NCBI RefSeq assembly: GCF_028725585.1
Contig: NZ_JAQYRV010000150.1
DNA length: 64,000 bases
Reading direction: 5' to 3' (one strand)
From: Ruminococcus flavefaciens
GTDB taxonomy: Bacteria; Bacillota; Clostridia; Oscillospirales; Ruminococcaceae
Part shown: positions 27,384 through 37,002 of the stretch, piece after piece
Position numbering within the stretch: the first letter of the stretch is position 1
How the letters are laid out: the number at the start of each line of letters is the position of its first letter
Program-made: the position numbers and the translations under genes
Notes under the pieces: model-generated
What the model was told of the DNA's origin: nothing
What the model saw: only the letters and a program-made list of their open reading frames with translations
The model's database searches: none

Positions 27384-28030
27384 TGAAAAATTTTGATACA
27401 CTTTTATTCGACCTTGACGGTACTCTCACCGATTCTACAGAGGGCATACTCAAATGCCTGATAAATGCTGTTGAAAAAATGGGATTTGAAGTTCCCGAGG
27501 ATACGAATAAATTTCTCGGTCCGCCTATCCGTCAGTCCTTTGCCGAGTTCATCGGCATGAACGAGGAACAGATCGACGAAGCCGTAAGGATATTCCGCGA
27601 AAGATACTCCACTGTGGGGCTTTTTGAGAACCGCGTATATGAGGGTATCCCCGAAATGCTGGAACGGCTGAAAAAGGCTGGCAAAAGGCTCATGGTAGCC
27701 ACAAGCAAGCCTGAGGTCTATGCGGTCCGCATACTTGAAAGGTTCGGCATTGCGCCTTACTTTGAAATAGTCGGCGGCGCAGAGCTTGACGGCTCTCGTG
27801 ACTATAAACATGAAGTAATAGAGTATGTTCTCGCAAAAGCGGATATCACCGACAGAAGCCGCGTGCTTATGATAGGTGACCGCAGACAGGACGTTCTCGG
27901 CGCTCATAAGACAGGTCTGAAATGCATGGGCATCCTCTGGGGCTACGGCTCAGCAGAAGAGCTTGATGAAGCAGGCGCTGACTTTATCGCAGATACACCA
28001 AAAAATACAGCAGATATGTTAATTACATGA
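27380..28030 (+). CDS. HAD-superfamily phosphatase (subfamily IA)
   Basis: FDLDGTLTDS, ATSK and MIGDRRQD motifs; ATGA overlap with the upstream gene. Confidence 0.92.
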   Translation: MMKNFDTLLFDLDGTLTDSTEGILKCLINAVEKMGFEVPEDTNKFLGPPIRQSFAEFIGMNEEQIDEAVRIFRERYSTVGLFENRVYEGIPEMLERLKKAGKRLMVATSKPEVYAVRILERFGIAPYFEIVGGAELDGSRDYKHEVIEYVLAKADITDRSRVLMIGDRRQDVLGAHKTGLKCMGILWGYGSAEELDEAGADFIADTPKNTADMLIT

Positions 28031-28046
28031 TACAGGAGGAAGCGAT

Positions 28047-28271
28047 ATGTTTGATAAAGAAAAGAAGCCACAAAAACGCGGACGTTTTATTATCACACAT
28101 GAACAGCGACTTGAAAGAACCATGGGTTTCGGCGCAGTTCAGATAATTGTTGACACAGAAACAGGTGTTAATTACATAAACACTGTCGGTGATGCATACT
28201 CAGGTATCACACCGCTTCTCGGCTCAGACGGCAAAGTCGTTGTGACTCCCATTTCAGACGAGATCGAATAA
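28047..28271 (+). CDS. Small hypothetical protein (DUF6440-like)
   Basis: GGAGG RBS; IIVDTETGVNY...GITPLLGSDGK. Confidence 0.7.
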   Translation: MFDKEKKPQKRGRFIITHEQRLERTMGFGAVQIIVDTETGVNYINTVGDAYSGITPLLGSDGKVVVTPISDEIE

Positions 28272-28343
28272 GCCTACAATTTCCGCGATGATGCGGAATT
28301 GCATATATAATCATTTATATAATTCTCAAGGAGGAATTTTAAA

Positions 28344-29063
28344 ATGTCAAACATCGAAAAGAAGGAACAGCTCTATGAGGGCAAGGCAAAAAAGGTATAC
28401 GCAACAAATGATCCTGATCTCGTTATCGTAGATTACAAGGACGACGCAACAGCTTTCAACGGCGAAAAGAAGGGCACTATCGCAGGCAAGGGTGTTATCA
28501 ATAACAAAATGACAAACTTCATGTTCAAGATGCTCGAAAAGGAAGGCGTACCTACTCACCTTGTAGAGGAGATCAGTGACCGTGAGACTATCGTTAAGAA
28601 GGTCTCTATCGTTCCCCTTGAGGTAATCATCAGAAACGTTGCAGCAGGCAGCTTCTCTAAGAGAATGGGCGTTGAAGAAGGCAAAAAGCTCCTCTGCCCT
28701 ATCCTCGAATTCAGCTATAAGAACGACGATCTCGGTGATCCTTTCATCAACGATTACTACGCACTGGCTCTCGGTATCGCTACTAAGGAAGATCTCGACA
28801 CTATTTCTAAATACGCTTTCAAGGTAAATGAGTTCATGGTTAAGTTCTTCAAGGGACTCAACATAGACCTCATCGACTTCAAGATCGAGTTCGGTAAAAC
28901 TTCTGACGGTACTATCATCCTCGCTGACGAGATCTCACCTGATACCTGCCGTTTCTGGGATTCTACAACTCACGAAAAGCTCGACAAGGACCGTTTCCGC
29001 AGAGATATGGGCGGCGTAGAAGAAGCTTATCAGGAAATCATGAAGAGACTTATGGGAGAATAA
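28344..29063 (+). CDS. purC: SAICAR synthetase
   Basis: [48 protein letters not shown] motifs. Confidence 0.98.
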   Translation: MSNIEKKEQLYEGKAKKVYATNDPDLVIVDYKDDATAFNGEKKGTIAGKGVINNKMTNFMFKMLEKEGVPTHLVEEISDRETIVKKVSIVPLEVIIRNVAAGSFSKRMGVEEGKKLLCPILEFSYKNDDLGDPFINDYYALALGIATKEDLDTISKYAFKVNEFMVKFFKGLNIDLIDFKIEFGKTSDGTIILADEISPDTCRFWDSTTHEKLDKDRFRRDMGGVEEAYQEIMKRLMGE

Positions 29064-29067
29064 TCGT

Positions 29068-30492
29068 ATGGGTGGTTTTTTTGGTGCAGCCTCTAAAAAC
29101 GACTGCGTTACTGACGTTTTCTTCGGCACAGACTATCATTCACACCTCGGCACAAGAAGAGGCGGTATGACTTCATGGTCTGAAGAGAATGGCTTTCAGA
29201 GAAATATCCATAGTATCGAAAATTCTCCTTTCCGCACTAAATTTGAAAACGATGTTGTAAATATGAGAGGCAAGCTCTGTATCGGCTGTATCAGCGATAC
29301 AGACCCTCAGCCTATCCTCGTCCGTTCAAAGCTCGGACTCTATGCTGTATGCTCTGTAGGCATAATCCGCAACGCAGATGCTCTTGTAAATGAGCTTCTC
29401 GAAAAGGGCTGCGCTAACTTTGAGTCAATGAGCAGCGGAAATATCAACTCAGGTGACCTTATCGGTGCTCTTATCGCACAGAAGAACAGCTTTGTTGACG
29501 GTATCCGCTATGCACAGGAAAAGATAGAGGGAACAATGTCGCTCATTATCCTCACTAAAAACAGCATTATCGCTGCAAGAGATAAATTCGGCAGACTTCC
29601 TATAATCATAGGCAGAAGAAGCGACGGCTACTGCCTTTCTACTGAGTCATTCGCATTCCAGAAGCTGGGATACACCACTTACAAGGAGCTTGAAGCAGGT
29701 GAGATCGCTGAGCTTACAGCTGACGAGTGCAAAACACTTGCCGAGGGCGATCCTTCAAAGATGAAGATATGCACCTTCCTCTGGACTTACTACGGCTATC
29801 CTAACGCTGTTTATGAGGGCGTAAACGTTGAAGTTATGCGTACAAGAAACGGCGAGATCATGGCGGAAAATGACATCAAGAACGGCAGACTCCCCGATGT
29901 TGACTATATCTGCGGTGTGCCTGATTCGGGTACTCCTCACGCTATCGGCTATGCCAACAGAAGCGGTATACCTTTCGCAAGACCATTCATCAAGTATACC
30001 CCAACATGGCCAAGAAGCTTCATGCCTACAAACCAGAGCATGAGAAATCAGGTAGCAAAGATGAAGCTCATCCCCGTTCACGATCTTATCAACGGCAAAA
30101 AGCTCCTCTTTGTTGACGACAGTATCGTAAGAGGTACTCAGATGAGAGAGACTGTTGAGTTTCTCTATGAGCACGGCGCTAAGGAAGTTCATATGCGTTC
30201 TGCCTGTCCGCCTATAATGTACGGCTGCAAATACCTCAACTTCTCACGCAGCACTTCCGAAATGGAGCTTATCGCACGCCAGATAATCGACGAATTTGAA
30301 GGTCCTGACGGAATAAAGTATATAGACGAGTACAGCACATCTGCTACTGAAAGAGGCAAACGACTCAGAGATGAGATCTGCAAGCGTCTCCGTCTTACAT
30401 CACTTGAGTTCCAGACACTTGAGGGTACAGAAAAGGCTGTAGGTCTTGATACCTGCGGACTCTGCACTTACTGCTGGAACGGCAAAGAATAA
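29068..30492 (+). CDS. purF: Amidophosphoribosyltransferase homolog lacking the N-terminal catalytic Cys
   Basis: GVPDSG and PRPP loop VDDSIVRGT present; Fe-S-type Cys in KICTF, SACPP and CTYC. The N-terminus is MGGFFG rather than MCG. Confidence 0.93.
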   Translation: MGGFFGAASKNDCVTDVFFGTDYHSHLGTRRGGMTSWSEENGFQRNIHSIENSPFRTKFENDVVNMRGKLCIGCISDTDPQPILVRSKLGLYAVCSVGIIRNADALVNELLEKGCANFESMSSGNINSGDLIGALIAQKNSFVDGIRYAQEKIEGTMSLIILTKNSIIAARDKFGRLPIIIGRRSDGYCLSTESFAFQKLGYTTYKELEAGEIAELTADECKTLAEGDPSKMKICTFLWTYYGYPNAVYEGVNVEVMRTRNGEIMAENDIKNGRLPDVDYICGVPDSGTPHAIGYANRSGIPFARPFIKYTPTWPRSFMPTNQSMRNQVAKMKLIPVHDLINGKKLLFVDDSIVRGTQMRETVEFLYEHGAKEVHMRSACPPIMYGCKYLNFSRSTSEMELIARQIIDEFEGPDGIKYIDEYSTSATERGKRLRDEICKRLRLTSLEFQTLEGTEKAVGLDTCGLCTYCWNGKE

Positions 30493-30507
30493 TTTATTGC
30501 AACCGAT

Positions 30508-30580
30508 TGTAGGGGCTGGCGTCCTCGACAGCCCGTAATTACATAATTTTTGCGGGACGTTGAGGACGCCGTCCCCTACA
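30508..30580. repeat. GTAG-type REP doublet (REPIN-like inverted repeat)
   Basis: TGTAGGGGCTGGCGTCCTCGACAGCCCGT (30508-30536) and an inverted near-copy (30552-30580) flank a 15-nt AT-rich spacer. Confidence 0.75.
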
Positions 30581-30601
30581 TTTATTCATGGAGGTAAATC
30601 A

Positions 30602-31639
30602 ATGAACAACAGTTTTTCCGAAAGCTATAAGAAAGCAGGCGTTGACGTAACCGCCGGATATAAGTCAGTTGAACTTATGAAGCAGCACATCGCCCGTACT
30701 ATGATAAAGGGCGCTCTGTCAGGTATCGGCGGCTTCGGCGGTCTTTTTGAGCTTGACCTTACAGGTATCAGCAAGCCTGTCCTCGTATCGGGTACAGACG
30801 GCGTAGGTACTAAGATCAAGATCGCTTTCATCATGGACAAGCATGATACTGTAGGTATCGACTGTGTTGCTATGTGCGTAAACGATATCATCTGCTGCGG
30901 TGCTAAGCCACAGTTCTTCCTCGATTATATTGCCTGCGGCAAGAATTATCCCGAGAAGATCGCAACTATCGTATCAGGCGTTGCAGAGGGCTGTGTACAG
31001 GCAGAATGTGCACTCATCGGCGGTGAGACTGCTGAACACCCGGGTCTTATGCCTGAGGACGAATACGACCTTGCAGGCTTCTCAGTAGGTGTTGTTGACA
31101 AGGACAAGATCCTCCAGCCTGATACTCAGAAGGCAGGCGATGTCCTCATAGCTATCAAGTCAAGCGGCGTTCACTCAAACGGCTTCTCTCTCGTAAGAAG
31201 AGTTTTCAATGTAAACGAGCAGAATCTCGCTATGCACTTCGATGATCTCGGAACTACTCTCGGCGAATGCCTGCTGACTCCTACACGCATCTATGTAAAG
31301 GCTGTTATGAGCCTTCTTGACGCTGTAAAGGTAAAGTCTATCTCACATATCACAGGCGGCGGCTTCTATGAGAATATCCCTCGTTCACTTCCAAAGAACC
31401 TTGCTGCAAAGATCGAAAGAAATTCTGTACAGGTGCTTCCTATCTTTGATCTTATCCAGAGAACAGGAGATATCCCTGAGCGTGATATGTTCAATACCTT
31501 CAATATGGGTGTCGGCATGATAGTATCTGTCGACAAAAATGACGCTGACAAGGCTGTTGCAGCTATCAAGGCTGCAGGTGAAGATGCTTACGTTCTCGGC
31601 GAACTCGTTGAGTCTGAGGAAGGCGTTATCATCTGCTGA
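30602..31639 (+). CDS. purM: AIR synthetase
   Basis: Start at ATG 30602 (GGAGG). [47 protein letters not shown] motifs. Confidence 0.98.
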   Translation: MNNSFSESYKKAGVDVTAGYKSVELMKQHIARTMIKGALSGIGGFGGLFELDLTGISKPVLVSGTDGVGTKIKIAFIMDKHDTVGIDCVAMCVNDIICCGAKPQFFLDYIACGKNYPEKIATIVSGVAEGCVQAECALIGGETAEHPGLMPEDEYDLAGFSVGVVDKDKILQPDTQKAGDVLIAIKSSGVHSNGFSLVRRVFNVNEQNLAMHFDDLGTTLGECLLTPTRIYVKAVMSLLDAVKVKSISHITGGGFYENIPRSLPKNLAAKIERNSVQVLPIFDLIQRTGDIPERDMFNTFNMGVGMIVSVDKNDADKAVAAIKAAGEDAYVLGELVESEEGVIIC

Positions 31640-31772
31640 TAAAGCAAGTATCAGTTTAAACATCATAGCATTATCCGCAAAATTATCCGAATTCAGTATT
31701 TTATGAACTATCCGCATGATATCTCACGAAAAAATGACAATGGGGTATGGGATTTGGAAATTTTAAAAGGTA

Positions 31773-32654
31773 GTGATGTTTATGAAAAAAGGTAAATTAA
31801 CAGCTGTGGGACTGCTCTGCGCTGTCCTCACAGCAACTCCCATATACTGCGGAGCTTCTTCCGAGATACCTATGGACTATAATTCCGACGGTATCGTTGA
31901 CTGCTTTGACCTTATTTCAGCAAGGAAAAGCGATGCGTCAAAGAAAGAACTGAGAGAGCTTCAGAACTTTATACTCGGAAAAACTCCTGTTCAGTTTGAG
32001 GTACAGACCGACAATCCTATCGACGAAAGCTGTATCCTTGAGCCTAAGGGTACGGTACATACTGGCGAAGGCACTTTCTACGGCGGCGGCTATACAGGCG
32101 GTCATGCCATGCTTGACCCTGTTTCCCACGATTACTGGATTGTTGCGATGAATCACTCTGATTACAACGAAGCTCAGCTTGCAGGTGCTTATCTCGAAGT
32201 CACAGGCGAGCTGGGTACTATAAAAATGCTCGTTACAGACGAGCTCCCCGAAGGCAAAAAGGGCGACCTTGACCTGTATACAGACGCTTTTCCGCTCATC
32301 GCTCCTGTTGAGAAAGGAAGAGTCCCTGTAAGCTGGAAGATAATACCGCTCGATACTGCTGAGGACGCTCCTATCTCCTTCAAATACAAAGAGGGCAGTA
32401 CAGAATACTGGTGCGGAGTACAGGTGCGCAATCACCGCTACCCCATCACTAAGCTGGAATATCTTAATGAAGACGGCGAATTCGTTGAGATAAAACGCCG
32501 CCCATACAATTATTTTGAATCCCGTGATATGGGAAAAGGTCCTTTCACATTCCGCATAACCGATATCTACGGTCAGGTAGTCATCGACAAGGATATCCCG
32601 CTGTCATATGATGATACGGAAATAATTCCCGGACACGTACAGTTCCCCGAATAA
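31773..32654 (+). CDS. Secreted dockerin-bearing bacterial expansin-like protein
   Basis: Signal peptide, dockerin-like DYNSDGIVDCFDL...LQNFILGK, DPBB domain (GEGTFY, DLDL) and CBM63-like domain (YWCGVQVRNHRYPI). Start is 31773-31782. Confidence 0.88.
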   Translation: MMFMKKGKLTAVGLLCAVLTATPIYCGASSEIPMDYNSDGIVDCFDLISARKSDASKKELRELQNFILGKTPVQFEVQTDNPIDESCILEPKGTVHTGEGTFYGGGYTGGHAMLDPVSHDYWIVAMNHSDYNEAQLAGAYLEVTGELGTIKMLVTDELPEGKKGDLDLYTDAFPLIAPVEKGRVPVSWKIIPLDTAEDAPISFKYKEGSTEYWCGVQVRNHRYPITKLEYLNEDGEFVEIKRRPYNYFESRDMGKGPFTFRITDIYGQVVIDKDIPLSYDDTEIIPGHVQFPE

Positions 32655-32678
32655 TCAGGGCTACAGAAAGGAAAGATC

Positions 32679-33086
32679 ATGGGCATCGGTTTTATTGTTT
32701 TCGGCTTGCTTATACTCGCCGCAGGACTTTTTATCTGCTATGTAAAACGCGCACAGCTGAAAAACGCTGTAACTGTTTCAGCCGTTATCACAGGAAATCT
32801 CGAAAAGAAAAAGCGTTCGAAATATGTTATTGAAACTGTTTACTGTCCTGTTGTCGAATATGAAAAAGACGGCAAAAGGATAACTGCCGAGCACTTTGAA
32901 TATATGAGCAGCTTTGCGCTCCAACACCGCGTCGGCGATACAGTTCTCATATATGTTGATCCGCAAATGCAGAAAAAATTCCGGTTCATTGAGGAAGGAA
33001 AAGGTCCTGACCTGCTGGGAGTTGCTGTAGCAGTCGGCGGTGCGGTGATAATACTGTTCGGTATTATCGGTCTTGTAATAATATAA
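32679..33086 (+). CDS. Two-TM membrane protein (DUF3592-like)
   Basis: N- and C-terminal TMs around an OB-like loop (YCPVVEYEKDG...VGDTVLIYVDP). Confidence 0.65.
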   Translation: MGIGFIVFGLLILAAGLFICYVKRAQLKNAVTVSAVITGNLEKKKRSKYVIETVYCPVVEYEKDGKRITAEHFEYMSSFALQHRVGDTVLIYVDPQMQKKFRFIEEGKGPDLLGVAVAVGGAVIILFGIIGLVII

Positions 33087-33123
33087 ACAGAATGCTGTAT
33101 ATCAGCTTTCACGGAGGAAAAAT

Positions 33124-33747
33124 ATGAAAAATATAGTCGTTCTCGTATCAGGCGGCGGTACTAATCTACAGGCGCTCATTGATGCGGAAAAATCAGGCAT
33201 TATCAAGGGCGGAAAGATCACCTGCGTGATAGCCTCTAAGGAGGGCGTATACGCTCTTGAAAGGGCGGCGCAGAACGGCATAAAAAGCCGCGTTATACCG
33301 CGAAAGGAGTACGCTGATATAGCGTCCTACACCAAGGCAGTCACAGACGCTCTCATCGAGGAAAAGGCAGACCTTGTAGTATATGCGGGATTCATGACCA
33401 TACTCGACGAGCAGGTAGTAAAGGCGTTCCCATATAAGATGATGAACGTTCATCCTGCACTGATACCAAGCTTCTGCGGAAAGGGCTTCTACGGACTTCA
33501 CGTCCATGAGGCTGCTCTTGCAGCAGGAGTGAAGCTCTCAGGCGCAACAGTACATTTCGTAACCGAGGAGTGTGACGGCGGACCGATAATAATACAGAAG
33601 GCTGTCCCCGTAGAAAACGGTGATACTCCCGAGTCACTTCAAAAGCGCATAATGGAACAGGCTGAGTGGAAGATACTCCCCGAGGCTGTGTCGCTGTTCT
33701 GTCAGGACAGGATAGAGATACAGGACGGAAAGGCATACGTAAAATAA
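33124..33747 (+). CDS. purN: Phosphoribosylglycinamide formyltransferase
   Basis: VSGGGTNLQALID, YAGFM, NVHPALIPSF, GATVHFV and DGGPII motifs. Confidence 0.97.
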   Translation: MKNIVVLVSGGGTNLQALIDAEKSGIIKGGKITCVIASKEGVYALERAAQNGIKSRVIPRKEYADIASYTKAVTDALIEEKADLVVYAGFMTILDEQVVKAFPYKMMNVHPALIPSFCGKGFYGLHVHEAALAAGVKLSGATVHFVTEECDGGPIIIQKAVPVENGDTPESLQKRIMEQAEWKILPEAVSLFCQDRIEIQDGKAYVK

Positions 33748-33749
33748 AA

Positions 33750-34313
33750 ATGAAGATAAAGGAATTATTGGAAAAACAAACTGTTCAGAAGCTGTTTCTC
33801 TGCTTCTGGATGTATTCTGTACTCGGCTGGCTGTATGAGGTCTTCCTCGAAGTCGTAGTATACAAATGGGGTTTTACAAACGTCGGAATAATGTACGGAC
33901 CATACTGCCCGATATACGGTGTCGGCGCACTGCTGTTCCTGCTGTTTTTCGGACGTTTTATGAAAAAAGAAGGCGGCATAGGTCTGAAATTGTCGCGTCC
34001 GTTCATCATATTCTTCGGCTGTATGATAGTTGCTACTACCGTAGAGCTTCTGGGCACATACGTGCTGGAATTCTTTATCGGCTCATGGCCCTGGGATACA
34101 TATGCGGACTATGACATCAATTTTCAGGCAAGAATAGCACTTTCCCCTTCTCTCCGATTTGGAATGGGCGGTGTGCTGTTCATGTACTTTGTACAGCCTT
34201 TCTATGACTGGCTTCTCGCAAAGCCAAAGCGCAAAACTCTCAACATCATAACTCTTATAGTGCTTATCGGTGTTGTTACAGATTTCATTCTCACATTGAT
34301 ATTCAGACACTGA
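33750..34313 (+). CDS. Putative ABC-transporter-permease-family membrane protein (CmpB-like)
   Basis: YSVLGWLYEV...GPYCPIYGVG...VELLG...WDTY motifs. Start moved to ATG 33750. Confidence 0.7.
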   Translation: MKIKELLEKQTVQKLFLCFWMYSVLGWLYEVFLEVVVYKWGFTNVGIMYGPYCPIYGVGALLFLLFFGRFMKKEGGIGLKLSRPFIIFFGCMIVATTVELLGTYVLEFFIGSWPWDTYADYDINFQARIALSPSLRFGMGGVLFMYFVQPFYDWLLAKPKRKTLNIITLIVLIGVVTDFILTLIFRH

Positions 34314-34350
34314 TATTCTGATAAACCATTATCCGAAAGGAGTCATTATT

Positions 34351-35064
34351 ATGAAAAAGCTTGATTTAGCACAGGAACTCAGCACAAACGCTTACCCGGG
34401 AAGAGGTATCGTTATCGGTAAATCCGACTGCGGAAAGTACGCTGTTACAGCATACTTCATCATGGGCAGAAGCGAAAACAGCCGTAACCGCGTATTCATC
34501 GAGGACGGCAAGGGCATACGCACAGAGGCTTTCGATCCTTCAAAGCTCACTGATCCCCACCTTATCATCTACGCTCCTGTAAGAGTTCTCGGAAATAAGC
34601 TCATCGTCACAAACGGCGACCAGACTGATACTATCTATGAGCTTATGGACAAGCAGTACACATTCGAGCAGGCTCTCCGCACACGCGAATTTGAGGACGA
34701 TGCTCCTAACTTTACTCCTCGTATTTCAGGTATACTCCGTTTCGGTGAAGAGGGCTTCAACTACGCTATGTCTATCCTCAAAAGCGCTAACGGCAACCCC
34801 GACTCATGCCAGAGATACACATTCAGCTATACAAATCCTATTGCAGGCGAGGGTCACTTCATTCATACATATATGGGCGACGGCAATCCGCTCCCAAGCT
34901 TTGAGGGTGAGCCTAAGCTCGTAGGCATCAGCAGTAATATCGACCAGTTCACAGATATGCTCTGGAACAATCTCAACGCTGACAACAAGGTATCTCTCTT
35001 CGTTCGCTATGTGAACCTTGAAACAAATGCCGAGGAGACACGTATCGTAAACAAGAACAAGTAA
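34351..35064 (+). CDS. Stand-alone IMP cyclohydrolase (PurO-like fold)
   Basis: YPGRGIVIG, YFIMGRSENSRNR, LIIYAPV, NGDQTD, FEDDAPNFTPRISG, FIHTY motifs. Confidence 0.88.
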   Translation: MKKLDLAQELSTNAYPGRGIVIGKSDCGKYAVTAYFIMGRSENSRNRVFIEDGKGIRTEAFDPSKLTDPHLIIYAPVRVLGNKLIVTNGDQTDTIYELMDKQYTFEQALRTREFEDDAPNFTPRISGILRFGEEGFNYAMSILKSANGNPDSCQRYTFSYTNPIAGEGHFIHTYMGDGNPLPSFEGEPKLVGISSNIDQFTDMLWNNLNADNKVSLFVRYVNLETNAEETRIVNKNK

Positions 35065-35066
35065 TA

Positions 35067-35585
35067 ATGGATATCATAAAGATACAGTGCCCTTACTGCG
35101 GCGCAAGTGTCGAAAGAAAAAACGATGAATACTTCGGAGTCTGCCCTTACTGCGGCTCTGAGGTATGCTTCAACGATGCAAAGGCTGAAGCTGAGGTCAA
35201 TGATCTCCGCGGTCAGTTAAATACCCTTGACCAGCGCCTTGATGAAGAAAAGCAGTATAAACAGAAGCTTGCAGTATGGGAGAAAAAGCGCAGCAGAATG
35301 TACATCATCACTGGTATAATGGCATTTTTAGGATTTCTGTTTGTAACTCTCAGCGAAGACTCAGAGGGCGCGCTCATTGCCATAGGCGTTATGCTGTTAT
35401 TCGGAGCGGTCATAGGACTTATCTTTTTCTCTATTCTCAGAGCTGCCGACTGCCCTAAGCCCAATAATGGCGGAGACGCTCAGAGCACGATCAATTTTTT
35501 CAAAATATTCGGCATAGGAGTGCTGATACTCTGCGGTGCAGCTTTCCTCTCGATCATTTTTTATGGTATGCTGGGAAAACGATAA
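35067..35585 (+). CDS. Double zinc-ribbon membrane protein
   Basis: CPYCG twice, a coiled coil and three predicted TMs. Confidence 0.7.
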   Translation: MDIIKIQCPYCGASVERKNDEYFGVCPYCGSEVCFNDAKAEAEVNDLRGQLNTLDQRLDEEKQYKQKLAVWEKKRSRMYIITGIMAFLGFLFVTLSEDSEGALIAIGVMLLFGAVIGLIFFSILRAADCPKPNNGGDAQSTINFFKIFGIGVLILCGAAFLSIIFYGMLGKR

Positions 35586-35597
35586 ACAAGCTGAATA

Positions 35598-35625
35598 ATT
35601 ATGCATTAAGCATTATGAATTATGA
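35598..35625. repeat. Heptamer tandem repeat (ATTATGM-like) x4
   Basis: ATTATGC-ATTAAGC-ATTATGA-ATTATGA, just upstream of the purH RBS. Confidence 0.7.
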
Positions 35626-35649
35626 ATCAATATAAGGAGGACATTAACA

Positions 35650-36831
35650 ATGTCAAATGAAATGCAGTTAAAATACGGCTGTAACCCAAATCAGAAGCCT
35701 TCAAGAGTTTACATGGCTGACGGCAGCGAGCTTCCTATCGAGGTGCTCTGCGGCAAGCCCGGCTATATCAACCTTCTTGACGCTTTCAACGGCTGGCAGC
35801 TCGTTAAGGAGCTGAAGGCTGCTACAGGTATGTGTGCAGCTACTTCATTCAAGCACGTTTCCCCTGCAGGTGCTGCTATCGGCAGACCTCTCAGCGACGA
35901 CCTCAAGAAGATCTACTGGGTAGATGATCTTGGTGAGCTTTCTCCCCTTGCAAGCGCTTATGCAAGAGCAAGAGGCGCTGACAGAATGTCCTCTTACGGC
36001 GATTTCATCGCTCTCTCTGACAAGGTAGACGTTTGCACAGCAAAGATGATACAGCGTGAGGTATCCGACGGCGTTATCGCTCCCGACTATGACCCTGAGG
36101 CTCTTGAAATACTCAAGTCAAAGAGAAAGGGCACTTACTGCATACTCAAAATGGACGAGAACTACAAGCCTGCTCCTATCGAGACAAAGCAGGTCTACGG
36201 CGTATCCTTCGAGCAGGGACGCAATGAGCTCGATATCAACCGTGAGCTCCTCGCAAACGTTGTTACAAACAACAAGGATATCCCTGACGATAAGAAGGAC
36301 GACCTCCTTATCTCTCTCATCACTCTCAAATACACACAGTCAAACTCTGTATGCTATGTAAAGGACGGACAGGCTATCGGTATCGGTGCAGGTCAGCAGT
36401 CACGTATCCACTGCACACGTCTTGCAGGACAGAAGGCTGATAACTGGTGGCTGAGACAGTCTCCACAGGTTATGGGACTCCAGTTCGTTGACGATATCCG
36501 CCGTGCAGACCGCGACAACGCTATCGATGTTTACATCGGCGATGAGTACGAGGACGTTCTCCGTGAGGGCGAGTGGCAGCGTATCTTCAAGGTTAAGCCT
36601 GCTGTATTCACAAGAGAGGAAAAGAAGGCTTGGCTCGCTAAGAATACAGGCGTTTGCCTCGGTTCAGACGCTTTCTTCCCATTCGGTGACAACATTGAGC
36701 GTGCTAAGAAGTCAGGCGTTGAGTATATTGCAGAGCCGGGCGGTTCTATCCGTGATGACAACGTTATCGAGACCTGCAATAAGTACAACATCGCAATGGC
36801 ATTCACAGGCATTCGCCTTTTCCACCACTAA
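35650..36831 (+). CDS. purH: AICAR transformylase (PurH transformylase domain only)
   Basis: LKYGCNPNQ, SFKHVSPAG, KYTQSNSV, GAGQQSR, SDAFFPF, EPGGSIRD and RLFHH motifs. No N-terminal IMP cyclohydrolase domain. Confidence 0.92.
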   Translation: MSNEMQLKYGCNPNQKPSRVYMADGSELPIEVLCGKPGYINLLDAFNGWQLVKELKAATGMCAATSFKHVSPAGAAIGRPLSDDLKKIYWVDDLGELSPLASAYARARGADRMSSYGDFIALSDKVDVCTAKMIQREVSDGVIAPDYDPEALEILKSKRKGTYCILKMDENYKPAPIETKQVYGVSFEQGRNELDINRELLANVVTNNKDIPDDKKDDLLISLITLKYTQSNSVCYVKDGQAIGIGAGQQSRIHCTRLAGQKADNWWLRQSPQVMGLQFVDDIRRADRDNAIDVYIGDEYEDVLREGEWQRIFKVKPAVFTREEKKAWLAKNTGVCLGSDAFFPFGDNIERAKKSGVEYIAEPGGSIRDDNVIETCNKYNIAMAFTGIRLFHH

Positions 36832-36846
36832 TTCAACAACAACTCG

Positions 36847-36877
36847 GCTGCGGTCAGCATTTGACCGCAGCTTTTTT
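36847..36877 (+). terminator. Intrinsic terminator after purH
   Basis: GCTGCGGTCA-5 nt-TGACCGCAGC followed by T6. Confidence 0.9.
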
Positions 36878-36929
36878 GTTTCTACATAAATATCTGTCAA
36901 TATTATTTCCGAAACAGGCAATAAATCTC

Positions 36930-36958
36930 TTGAAATATTTCTGCTGTTATGATATACT
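36930..36958 (+). promoter_or_regulatory. Promoter of the three-gene block and probably purD
   Basis: TTGAAA (36930-36935), 17 bp spacer, TATACT (36953-36958), with TGn. Confidence 0.7.
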
Positions 36959-37002
36959 ATATTAGTATAAAAATATAATCGCGGTATTATCGCAGAAGCA
37001 TA

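Noticed and set aside
28275-28301. Hairpin upstream of purC as a purine riboswitch or terminator
   Set aside because: It lacks the purine riboswitch three-way junction motifs and has no U-tract.
31671-31716. Three TATCCG-containing words resembling DnaA boxes or PurR boxes (similar words near 34330 and 36905)
   Set aside because: Each has mismatches to both consensuses, and they are absent upstream of purE, purN and purD, so there is no consistent regulon pattern.
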